Shown one piece after another: positions 1-10,930 of a stretch of 64,000 nucleotides of DNA; positions within the stretch are counted from its first letter, which is position 1; every line of letters starts with the position of its first letter. A model generated the notes under the pieces. It worked only from the letters and a program-made list of their open reading frames with translations, did not search any database and was not told the DNA's origin. The translations under genes and the position numbers were made by a program. Location of the stretch: NCBI GenBank assembly GCA_002104905.1, contig MCFE01000074.1:62001-126000 (forward strand), read 5' to 3'. The DNA comes from Basidiobolus meristosporus CBS 931.73. Taxonomy: Eukaryota > Fungi > Basidiobolomycota.

Positions 1-642
1 ATATTATTATTACAATTTATCAATTAGACTCAGCTCAATTTTCAAGTCCATACAACTGATCAAAGTTGATGATTAGCATTATGATCAGATCATTCCAATT
101 TTTTAGGCATACTACCAAGTAGATATGCACATTGAATTTCAAGTTACTTGTTCAATTTAGTTGAACACAGATGCATATGCTGCTGGACAATAAATTAGTC
201 CAGTATTCAACACAGTTAAGTCTTATATGCCTATTACAGATTTCACACTCTCAATATGTATTTACTACTTATGAATATTTTGTTGAGTGGGAGTGTTGTA
301 ATTATTGAGTTGTCACCTATATATTCCTGCTAACTTAGTCACATAGATCTTATACTTTGATTAGCATTCTGTCCTGACCAGATTTCTTGTAGGGATTTAC
401 TTGGAATATTTTCACCAAATTGTTGGGTACCCAGATTATTATTTTTCGCAAAGTTGTCCAAAAAACCCCAAACTTTGCACACATATTCTTGGGACCTTCC
501 TCAATAAACTCTACATGTTTGTTTTCTCTACTCTATCAATAGTATAAATACCATACTTTTGATCAATAAATCTACAAGTTAATAACATGTAAATCCTCTA
601 GTTCTCCACATCACTTCTAATACACCTCAGAATATTGCAACA
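1..642 (+). mobile_element. Decayed copia 3' end: PPT (284-293) and 3' LTR (294-642)
   Basis: TGAGTGGGAG polypurine tract is followed by TGTTGT...GCAACA (349 bp). It resembles the other ~350-bp copia LTRs in the window (TATAAATA, AATAAA). Confidence 0.7.
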
Positions 643-821
643 AATAGAACACTTGATACAGAGGGAGAAGGAACTATCCAAGTAAACCTTAGAAGCAGTG
701 AAGTAAGCCATACACTGACCTTTAAAGAAGTACTCTATGTACCAGAAATAGCCAAGAACCTATTGCCTGTAAGCAAGGCCACAGCAGAAGGACTCAGTTT
801 CAGCTTTGACAATTCTGGATG
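643..821 (+). pseudogene. Fragment of copia family A internal region (copy A0, after the protease motif)
   Basis: Matches 2113-2248 plus 9041-9088, 58408-58585 and 62635-62812 (GEGTIQVNLRSSE...LLPVSKATAEGLSFSFDNSG). Confidence 0.85.
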
Positions 822-1152
822 TGTTGTAAATATTAGTGATTCCACCTAAATATTCTCCTAACTTAGTTACTTAAGTCATTACCTTCAAATCCTAGAGAAT
901 ACTGACCAAACTTCTTGTTGGGATTTACTTAGAATATTTACCCAGAACATGAAAATTAGATAAGTGGTCCTAACAGCCCCAAACCTTACACACATGTTCT
1001 TGCAACCTTCCTTAACCTATTCTATGTGTTTGTGATGCCAAGACCATGTAAAAGTATAAATACTACTTTTACATTCAATAAATCATTAAGTGAAAACCAC
1101 CTAATCTACTATTTTCCCAGTCACTTCCAATATCTCCAAGACTCTTACAACA

Positions 1153-1164
1153 GGTTATGAGCCC
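1153..1164 (+). promoter_or_regulatory. Primer-binding site complementary to the tRNA-iMet anticodon arm
   Basis: GGTTATGAGCCC directly after the LTR-terminal CA. Its reverse complement GGGCTCATAACC is the initiator-Met anticodon stem-loop sequence. The same PBS occurs at 21937-21948 and 47412-47423 (minus strand). Confidence 0.85.
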
Positions 1165-2959
1165 CAAGCTATCACTCTCTGCAGTGTCTACTACTGCTAT
1201 TACCGGAACTTTTCCCTCTGCTAAAAAGTTGGATAGATCTAACTACCAAGTGTGGAAGGTGAAGATGAAGATGCTACTACAAGAAAGAGGCCTTTGGGAT
1301 ATTGTCAAGGGAGAACAATGCCCTCCTAAAAATGTGGGAGAGAAAGCAATGAAGTACTAGAAGAAAGAAAAATGAGCCTTTAAGTGCATTTGCCTTAATG
1401 TTAAAGGCAAATTACTAATTCAATACTCAAGAGCAAAAACAGCAAAGAATGCCTGGAAGGCAGAGAAGACACCTACCAGTCATGTTCAGCTGCTAAGAAG
1501 ATGTATCTGGGACAAAAATTCTTTACTACAAAGATGCAGCCAGGGCATGAAATGAAAAATCTAATTAACAAAATTACCATGCTGGTAGATGAAATGGAAT
1601 CTGTGGGCATACCAACTACTGATGAGGATGTGATAGTTACCATCCTGAATAGCCTGACAGCCAAGTCTCAGAGCCTTGTATGAGTCCTAGAGTCCAGAAC
1701 TGAAGATTTAACCTTAAATTACGTATATGGAAGGCTCCTGGATGAAGAATTAAGAAAATCAAGCACAAATAAGAAGGAAGAAGAAAATGCTTTAATAAGC
1801 AATGATAACCAACAAAGGAGGTACCCAAGACCCTACAAAGGCAACAGCAACCTGCTTTGTAATTACTGCAAACGGAAAGGACACACATCAGACCAGTGTC
1901 TCAAAAAGAGAGATAATCAGCAAAAGAAGCCTGAATATGGAAATGCTGCAACAACTGAAGATAGACTATTCATATCTGCACTGAATATGAACACAAACAA
2001 GAGTTCTCAGATATGCTATATTGACTCTGGAGCATCTGAACACTTTACACACCAAAAAGAACTTTTTATATAACATCAAGAAATTCCAATTAAGAAGGTT
2101 TTCATGGGTGACAATAGTACACTTGATGCAGTGGGAGAAGGAACTGTCCAAGTAAACCTAAGAAGCATTAAAGGAAGCCATACACTGACCTTTAAAGAAG
2201 TACTCTATGTACCAGAAAAAGCTAAAAACCTACTATCTGTAAGCAAGGTGTTGTGCATCAACATTTAAAACTTAGCCAATTTTACTCTGTTAGAAAATCT
2301 AGTAGCCTAACTGATTTTCCCTAACCCAACCATAATAATCCCTGTTATGGTTTATTTTATCACTTCTCAGAATCTATTTTTAGCTGTCACATGTGACCAA
2401 TTTTATGTGGTCATGACATCTTCAACTGATCTGCTAAGGCTTTCCAAGTGATTAGTCATCTGAGACTTATGCAACCACTTAGCAGTAGCTAAGACATCAG
2501 CTGATTAATGATGCAATTTTACATTTATCTTATGCACCTATCAATACCCTAACAGATTTCAATCAGTCCAGTCTCTTGGTGCTTACTAATGCAACTCAAT
2601 CAGAATAGTATAAATAAAGTTTACTGAACCTTTTGGTTTAGTGTATGTCTCAGCAAAATTAAGAGTTCAACAAATCCATTCTAATTTCTACCCAAGCTTA
2701 GCATATCTAGTACTCTCAAGAACACCAAGCCTAGCCTGCATAGCAAACCTACTTTGCTGCCTTTATAGCCCAACTCAGTCATACATAAGACCAATATTAG
2801 ACCAGAACATCTCTGCTAATATTTCTGCCACTGTTGACAATTCTAAGATTCTGCACTTAGTTATCACTTAGGTTCAGTGTACTTAGAGTTTTATTACACT
2901 TCTCACTTGGATACAACATTTTTTTTGTTGAATTCCATTACATTCAACTGCATCACAAT

Positions 2960-5185
2960 ATGTCCTCAGCAGCAAGCAATGCAAATCTCTCCATGTTGAA
3001 AGAAGCCTGCAGAAATCAGGAAGAACTAACTGAACAGCTTGAAAACATCATGCATGAAAGAAACACTTTGATGCTTGAGCACTCCAAGCTTGCCCAGACA
3101 AGATGTGACAATCATCTTAGAGATGAACTTCTTGAAGTTATTTCCTGTTACCAAGATGAAATTGGAATTGTCAAAGAAGCCCTGGAGAATGTTGCCATTG
3201 TAATTGACAGCATTGTAAATCCATCAAGCCTTGCTCTGTATCAGCCACCAACAAGTCATGCCTTTGGATCCTCCAGATGTACATCTTGCCCTAGACCTAC
3301 CCCAGTGGTTGTCCCAAGAACCTTGCCTCTTTATGCTGAAGGAGCCAATGCCATAAAGAATCCTACTGAGTTTCTCTACAAGTTTAGCCATGTCTTAGCT
3401 GCACACCAGCTAGACCCTGACACCAATTGGGCTAGACTTCTGCCTCTCTGTCTCACCATGCAAGATGCCAACTGGGCTGAGGTGAACATTCCTTCCAATA
3501 GTACATGGAAAGTTGCCCAGAACCTCTTTTGTGGCCATTTTGAAGATCCCCTCAAGAAAGCGCATATAACCTGCAACTTATGGAAAACTAAAATGCAAAA
3601 AGGTGAATCTGTGCAATACTTCTGTGATAGATTCCAGAGACAAATGAGACTAGCTGGAGTTAGTGATGACCATCCATTGCTTACTTCTCATTTTCTTTCA
3701 ACTTTTCACACCAGCTAAAGAGAAATACTGCTATTATCAAAGCATGCAACCCTGCACATACCTATGACAAAACCTCAGAGATATGTACACTTGCAATCAC
3801 CATGATTGCAGCTGTTAGCCAGCCTTCAGGCAACTCCATTCAATATGCAGCAACAACTGGAAAAGAGAGTAGTCATATGACTAAGAAGAAGTTAGGCGCT
3901 GTAGTGGGGTGACAGTGACACCCACTGACAGATGTGCTCATTCCCTTATTTTCTACTTCCCTATATCTCTACTACACTTATTTTAGTTTTATCCCATTTG
4001 TCTTACCCAATCAGTACTATCCCATAAGCCGGTTGACTATCACACCTGCTTACCTTATTGCATAAGTTACCCCTCACTTTATGTAAGATTACTAGCTATA
4101 AGTACTTCTATATTAGGCAAGTACCCGCGCCAGTACCTGTGACACATGATCAGCCTGTGTCACCATACCTACCATTTCCATACCGTATATGGTATCCCCA
4201 TGTTACACAGGTTTCAGAATACTGATTCCTGATTGGTTGGATGTGCTGTGCCTCTTAGAACCTTCCGGCACCTACTTAGAACATTCTTAGGTCATTCTGA
4301 TGTCATTAAGATTTCTATTGATCTTTGGAACCTTCTGGAACACCATGATTAGTAATCACTTAGCCAGTGAAAAAAGTATATAAGGGAGGCTATCCCTCAA
4401 CAATAAATCATCATCCCTTTTATCAATATACCAACTTGTTGATTAGTGTGATCACTGCTACCTGCTGCTACCTGAACTTCCAACCCTAGACCACAGGACA
4501 CTCCCAGGAAACCATGCTGACAGCCAACTGACCTTGGAGGCACTACTTGTGAGGAATACTCAGAGTAGGTATCTTTTATTATATTTGATTCTTTCCCAAG
4601 TTTGTTCTTGTACAGGCAAAGATACTTTTCTGTCTTTGTAACTATTGACCAAAGCTGCATTCTTATCAAGTCCCTGCTGGTGGAGTTTACAGTTGTTTTG
4701 ACTTTGGAAGCTTTAGTACATTGTCATCTCAAAGGACGCTGAACCCAGCACATACTTTTGTTAAGACGCCAACTAAGTTGGGGATTGTAGCTCAATAGTT
4801 TTCCCTTGACAAGCTTGTGGCTTTATTCCCCTTCACATTGGATTAGAGACAGAACCCAAGTATTCCTAGCAAGCTTTTGCCAGAGGTTATCGCACCCAGT
4901 GAACACCCCACACACAAAACACTTGAGAAGTGTTGGACGTATCTCTCCCTTGGACTTATACACCACCACAGCGCTAGCAAGCATTGTGAGCTTCATGGAA
5001 GATACTATCATTCTACCAGTGAGTGCAAAGGCATCACCAAGCGGTCAAACAACTCAGGAAACATGTCAGAGAAGCAGCAAAACCCCAAAACTGAGAATTC
5101 ATATGCTGATTACAAATGCTTTAAATGTGGAAAGATGGGACATAGATTGCTTGCCTGTCCTGAGAAGAACTCTACATCATTGGCA
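2960..5185 (+). pseudogene. G1 gag (interrupted by solo LTR 3900-4970)
   Basis: ORF 2960-3718 has retrotransposon gag features (MQKGESVQYFCDRFQRQM). After removing the insertion it reads into CELHGRYYHSTSEC and CFKCGKMGHRLLAC zinc-knuckle-like motifs. Confidence 0.8.
3900..4970 (+). mobile_element. Solo LTR, family C (1071 bp), 4-bp TSD GCGC
   Basis: TGTAGTGG...CCACCACA flanked by GCGC (3896-3899, 4971-4974). TATATAAG about 4377 and AATAAA about 4402. Removing it restores gag codons KKLGASKHC. Confidence 0.9.
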
Positions 5186-5502
5186 CATATAGCTAAACTG
5201 ATGTTTATTGATAAAGAAGCTCAGTATTTATACCTTTATAGAAGTAATACAGCTGTAACACTAAGTAAGGAGGGTTTCTCAATATTCAGGAGCATTTTGT
5301 CACAGTTTCAGGGTTAGTACATAATAATTATTATTAGTGCTAATTTGATCCTGACTATAGGGGAATAATCATAAGATCATAGATCTGAAGAAAGTGGCAA
5401 AGTTAGAGCTGTAAATTAGTCCCACAGTGACCAAGACTAGTCGAGAATTGTTAAGTAAATTTTTAGCTGCTGAATGACAGCAAATAGCCCAATATTTCAA
5501 CA
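5186..5502 (-). mobile_element. Partial LTR of copia family B inserted in G1
   Basis: Similar to 43165-43474 and 47483-47792; ends TTTCAACA. About 60 bp of one end is missing and no clear TSD was found. Confidence 0.8.
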
Positions 5503-5646
5503 CATTCAACCAATGATATGACACAGTATGAGGAAGCATATGAAGAACTTACAGTTCAAGATTATCACAACCTCTTTGAAATTCTGGCTAAAATTGCAAC
5601 TGTTCAAGAAAAGAAGCAACCAATTGCACAGCCATAAGCTATAGAG

Positions 5647-8600
5647 GTGCCACTCAAACTCAATGACCAATCATACATAGCACTACTGGATACTGGATCA
5701 TCCAACTCTATTGTATCACCTAATGTTACCAAAGAACTCAAATTGGCAATAGAAAAGCAACCAGAAAAATCATACTTGCGGCTAAGGACCTCTCAGCCCC
5801 AAGAATTGGTATCACCAACCCAATCAGCATACCCTGTGATTCAATAAAGATAATCCATCAGATGGAAGTTATTGACATTCCAGATGGACCTCTGATAGAC
5901 ATTGGTCTAGACACCTTCACTAAACTTGGCTTTCACATAGGTGGACTACCAGTTTCATATTTTGGAATCACTAAGTCTCAGCTACCCAGAATGGATCAGA
6001 TTCCAGAGATTTTCTCTCCCCATCCATAAGCAGAGGAGTCAACCCCAACTTTTTAAGCGTATTTTCAATCAATCAAATTGGAAATCAGCCAGCCATAGAA
6101 AGAAACCAAGACAATCCCAGGAACAGCTTCTGCACTATTCCGGAATCCATTGTTACACTAGAAACCCCACCTGGTGAGTCAACATGGAGGAGGCAATACC
6201 AAATTCTGCATTCTTGTCAACACTTGGTTGATGAAATAGTCCAGAAGTGGGTTGACAATATAATTATCAATCAAGCCCCTGCCAACACAACATTCAACAG
6301 CCATTTGATGCTTACACCTAAGAAAGATGCCAATGGAAATCTAACTCTGAAGTGACCCTGTTTGGACCCTAGACCTCCAAATAAGCTTCTCCAAGATGAT
6401 ATAGTTCCAATTCCAAGAATTCAGGATTTCTTTTCCTCACTTGTGGGTGCAAAAGTATTCTCCAAATTGGACTTAAAGGATGCATATCACCAATTCCAGA
6501 TCCATCCAAATCATCAGCATAAGAGTGCCTTTTCTTGGAATAATATGCAATGGATGTTTCAGGGAGCTCCCTTTGGCCTAAAGACACTGACCAGCAGGTT
6601 CCAGAGAGTCAATACTATAATACTCATGTATGCACCATACACCTTAGTATTTGTTGATGATGTTATCATATTTTCCATAAACCAAGATAATCATGCAACC
6701 CATGTCACTGATGTAATCAATAGACTGACAACTGCTGGACTGATTCTTAATGCAGAAAAGTGCAGCTTTGCCGGCCTCAAAATCAATCTACTTGGATTCA
6801 TTGTCACACCAGATGGCCACCAGCTTGATCCTTACAAACTGCTCAATATTCTTGAATGGCCAAAACCCACTAGTGCTAAGCAACTCCAACATTATCTTGG
6901 AGTATTCAACTATTTCAGGGAACACATTCCTCTCGTATCCTTATTAAGTGCCCCTTTGGATGCATTATGCCATAGTCCTGATCTTCCCTTAGCCTGGAAC
7001 AAGGCTCATTACCAAGCATTTGAATCACTCAGCTAATAACTCCCACAAGCACCCACCATATCCTTTCCAGTCTTTACTAAAGCCTTTGTTGTTGCTAAAG
7101 AAGCATCTAATGTTGGGTTAGGGGCTGTCTTTTACCAGGATGAAGACCAAAATCCATCTCACTGGATCTCTTTTCAAGCCAGATCCCTACAATCTGCTGA
7201 GAGAAGATACTCTGCCACCAAGAAGGAGCTACTTGCCATAGTCTTTGCCTTGAGGAAGGTTAATCAGTACTTATGGGGTAACTCTTTGACTTTGTACACA
7301 GACTGCCAAGCCCTTGTCTATATCCATACTCAAAAGACTCTGCCTCCAATGCTTACTAACTGGCTTGATACTCTACTTGATTATGAATATACAGTTATAT
7401 ATTGCCCAGGAATCCTCAACATCCTGCCTGACCACCTTTCAAGACTTTTCCCAACCTCACCTTGGGAGGGACATGTGATTACTGACATAATCAGTAAGCT
7501 CACTAAAGCTTCCAAAATAATTCCTCAACTGGATTCAGCAACTTGGAAAATCCCACATGCCAATGAAAGAAAAATATTGATACAGAGGAGTCATTAACTT
7601 GGCCACTTTGGAGCTGACACACTTATGAAGAAGCTACACTCTGATGGATATCAGTGGCCAAATATCAAAGCTGACTGCCTAGCATTTGCCAAGTCTTGCA
7701 GAAAATGTCAGCTTTACAATATCAGCTGGCATGGATTTCACCTTTGGAGTCCCATCCATGCAATCCTTCCTATGGATCATATTGCAGTTGATCTAGCTGG
7801 AACTTTCACCACTAGTGATGATGGTTATCACTACCTCTTTGTAACAGTGGATGTATGAATACATTTTGTCATCCTCAAAGCTATCCCAGACAGGTATGCT
7901 GCCACTTTTGCACAAGCACTATCCAAGCTCTTCTGCCTTTTTGGATTCCCTAAGGCCATTCAATCAGACAATGGAGCAGAATTTGTAAATCATCTGATCA
8001 AAGCCCTCTGCCAGAATAGCACCACTGACCACTGTCTGATCACTCCATATCATCCAAAAGCTAACGGACTTGCTGAAAGACATGTTCAGACCTCAGTGAA
8101 CATCATCAGGAAATCTATCAAAGGTATCAAGAAGAATTGGGTCAAGTACATTCCCACTGTACAGTATGCTATCAGTACCAAAATTGCCGCTCTACATGGA
8201 TCATCATTGTTTTCTTTGATGTTTGGAGGAATTTACAACCACTTTGGGGACTACCCAAATACAGAGCTAGCAGGCTTAAATACAGACAAGCTCAAGAACC
8301 GGCTTGAGTACCTTACAAACATTGTCTACCCTGCCATCAGTGCCAGAAGTAAGGCCACACAGCAAAAGATGACTTAAACATACACCTCAAGACACAGGAA
8401 CAGCAGCTTTCCAGATGGGACATATGTCATGACACTGGATCCAATCTAACAATCTAAACTGACCCCAAATATGAAGGCCCATTCAAAGTTGTTAGCATTA
8501 CAACCGGAGTATCTTATGTACTTTAGGACAATACTGGAGCACTGCTACCCAAAAACTTTCCACCTTTTTCACTCAAACCTATATCTCAAGACCCAGTTAC

Positions 8601-8770
8601 TTCTGAATACTATGAAGTTGAAGCTATTGTTGACCATGATGGAGAAGAACTAAATTGCCTTTATTTAGTCAAGTGGAAAGGTTATGATGCCAAACACAAC
8701 ACCTGGGAACCTTACACCAACTTTGATGATGTTGCCATCATTGATCAGTATTGGAGCTGCAGGGGACCCA
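5647..8770 (+). pseudogene. G1 pol: protease, reverse transcriptase, RNase H, integrase, chromodomain (stops and frameshifts)
   Basis: LLDTGSS; FSKLDLKDAYHQF, PFGLKT, FVDD; YSATKKELLAIVF; HIAVDLAG, QSDNGAEF, YHPKANGLAER. C-terminal YEVEAIVDH..YLVKWKGY..NTWEP at about 8611-8712. Confidence 0.9.
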
Positions 8771-10320
8771 ACAAAATTAAGAATTCAACAAATCCATTCT
8801 AGTTTCTACCCAAGCTTAGCATATCTAGCACTCTAAAGAACACCAAGCCTAGCCTGCATAGCAAACCTAATCTGTTGTCTTTATAGCCCAACTCAGTTAT
8901 ATATAGACCAATATTAGACTAGAACCTCTCTGCTAATATTTCTGTCACTGTTGACAATTCTAAGATTCTGCACTTAGCTAGCACTTAGGTGCATTTAGCT
9001 CATTCAAGAGTTTTATTGCACTTTTCTCTTGGATACAACACAAGGCCACAGCTAAAGGACTCAGTTTCAGCTTTGACAATTCTGGATGCAAGATCACTGG
9101 TCAAAATGGTGCCAATATTACTTTGGGTATCAGAAATTGGAATCTATACAAGTTGACTTATATTCCATCAAATTTGGAAGCCAATATATATAACTTAAGT
9201 GATGAAACACCAAGGCTTTAGCACAAGAGATTTAGGCACATCAATTTTGATTATTTGTGCAAAATGATCTAAGATCAGCTGATTTCTAGTGCAAAAATTG
9301 ATCCCCCAGCTAATTTGGAGCACTGTGAAGCCTGCAAATATGGGAAACAAGCCAGAAAATCATTCAAGAGCTCTGGGTTAATCAAAACTAAGAAAAAACT
9401 AGAACTAATTTACTCAGATCTGTGTGGACCTAGGCAAAAGTTATTCCTATGCAGGATGAAGTATTTAATCACTTATAATGATGATTATACAAGATGTACA
9501 TGGGTCTACTTCATGGTGACAAAGGAAGAAGCTCTATCTAGGCTCAGGGATTTTAAAGCCATGGTGGAGAGAGAAACTGGTGAAAAAATAACAAAAATAC
9601 ACTCTGACAATGGTGGAGAATATACCTCAAAACTCTTCATCCACTTCTGCAAAATTCATGGGATAAAGCAAGAGACTACTATACCATACTCCCCACAGCA
9701 AAACGGAGTAGCAGAGTGTGCTACCAGATCACTAATTGATAGGGCAAGATCTAGGATCCATGATCAAAAATTATCCTATGATTTTTGGGCAGAATCTGCT
9801 AAGAATATTTGGGTGTACAGCATATGCCCAGAAACTGCCTGGAAATCAGTCAAATTTGAGCCAAAAAGTGTAAAATGCATATTTTTGGACTACTGCAATG
9901 AGAGTAAAGCATACAGACTCTACAATACCAAAGCAAAGAAGCTAATCAAGTATAGGGATGTGTTGTGTGATAAAAATTCAAAATTTTCACAAAATATGAC
10001 ATCAGATGATTACAAAAATCTGATCTCCAGTGCATCAATTATCAGGATTGAATCAGAGCAAAACAATGAGAACTTTGCACTCCAGAGGACTCCAAAACCA
10101 TGGTTCAGCCAGAATCAGTGCTCAGGAATATTCCAGAAATAATTATTTGAGTATCAAATGCCCAGAGATCCAATTGGACAAGAAATAGGCCAAATTACTA
10201 TATCAATGAGCATACAAACTTAGCCTATGCCTATTCAGTCCATATTAATGAGCCCATGACTGTAAAAGTGGCCCTAAATAGCCCTCAGACAAATTTTGGA
10301 GATCTGCAATGACTGAGGAA

Positions 10321-10930
10321 TAGCCAGTGAGAAAAGTATATAAGGGAGGCTATCCCTCAACAATAAATCATCATCCCTTTTATCAATATACCAACTTGTT
10401 GATTAGTGTGATCACTGCTACCTGCTGCTACCTGAACTTCCAACCCTAGACCACAGGACACTCCCAGGAAACCACGCTGACAGCCAACTGACCTTGGAGG
10501 CACTAATTGTGAGGAATACTCAGAGTAGGTATCTTTCATTATATTTGATTCTTTCCCAAGTTTGTTCTTGTACAGGCAAAGATACTTTTCTGTCTTTGTA
10601 ACTATTGACCAAAGCTGCATTCTTATCAAGTCCCTGCTGGTGGAGTTTACAGTTGTTTTGACTTTGGAATCTTTAGTACATTGTCATCTCAAAGGACGCT
10701 GAACCCAGCACATACTTTTGTTAAGACGCCAACTAAGTTGGGGATTGTAGCTCAATAGTTTTCCCTTGACAAGCTTGTGGCTTTATTCCCCTTCACATTG
10801 GATTAGAGACAGAACCCAAGTATTCCTAGCAAGCTTTTGCCAGAGGTTATCGCACCCAGTGAACACCCCACACACAAAACACTTGAGAAGTGTTGGACGT
10901 ATCTCTCCCTTGGACTTATACACCACCACA
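10321..10930 (+). mobile_element. 5'-truncated LTR, family C
   Basis: 610 bp matching 4361-4970 with about 5 substitutions. Confidence 0.9.

Larger units (their letters stand above)
2249..9040 (+). mobile_element. Ty3/gypsy chromovirus G1, decayed; TSD CAAGG
   Basis: TGTTGT start at 2249 and TACAACA end at 9040, with CAAGG at 2244-2248 and 9041-9045. 5' LTR 2249-2918; partial 3' LTR 8772-9040. Domain order gag-PR-RT-RH-IN-chromodomain. Confidence 0.92.
822..10320 (+). mobile_element. Ty1/copia family A copy A1 (5' LTR 822-1152, PBS 1153-1164), interrupted by a gypsy element and truncated before RT
   Basis: LTR TGTTGT..CAACA, then GGTTATGAGCCC. Gag remnants 1157-1984 (NYQVWKVKM, CNYCKRKGHTSDQC, DSGAS). 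Integrase remnant 9315-10142 (YSDLCGP, HSDNGGEY, PQQNGVAE). Reading resumes at 9041 after TSD CAAGG. Confidence 0.9.

Noticed and set aside
1153-1164. tRNA gene fragments at the PBS sites
   Set aside because: Only 11-12 nt of complementarity next to LTR ends; no cloverleaf or A/B boxes.
4397-4669. 90-aa antisense ORF repeated at 10357-10629
   Set aside because: It lies in two LTR copies that are more than 99% identical, so conservation is uninformative. It starts at a non-ATG codon and has no motif.
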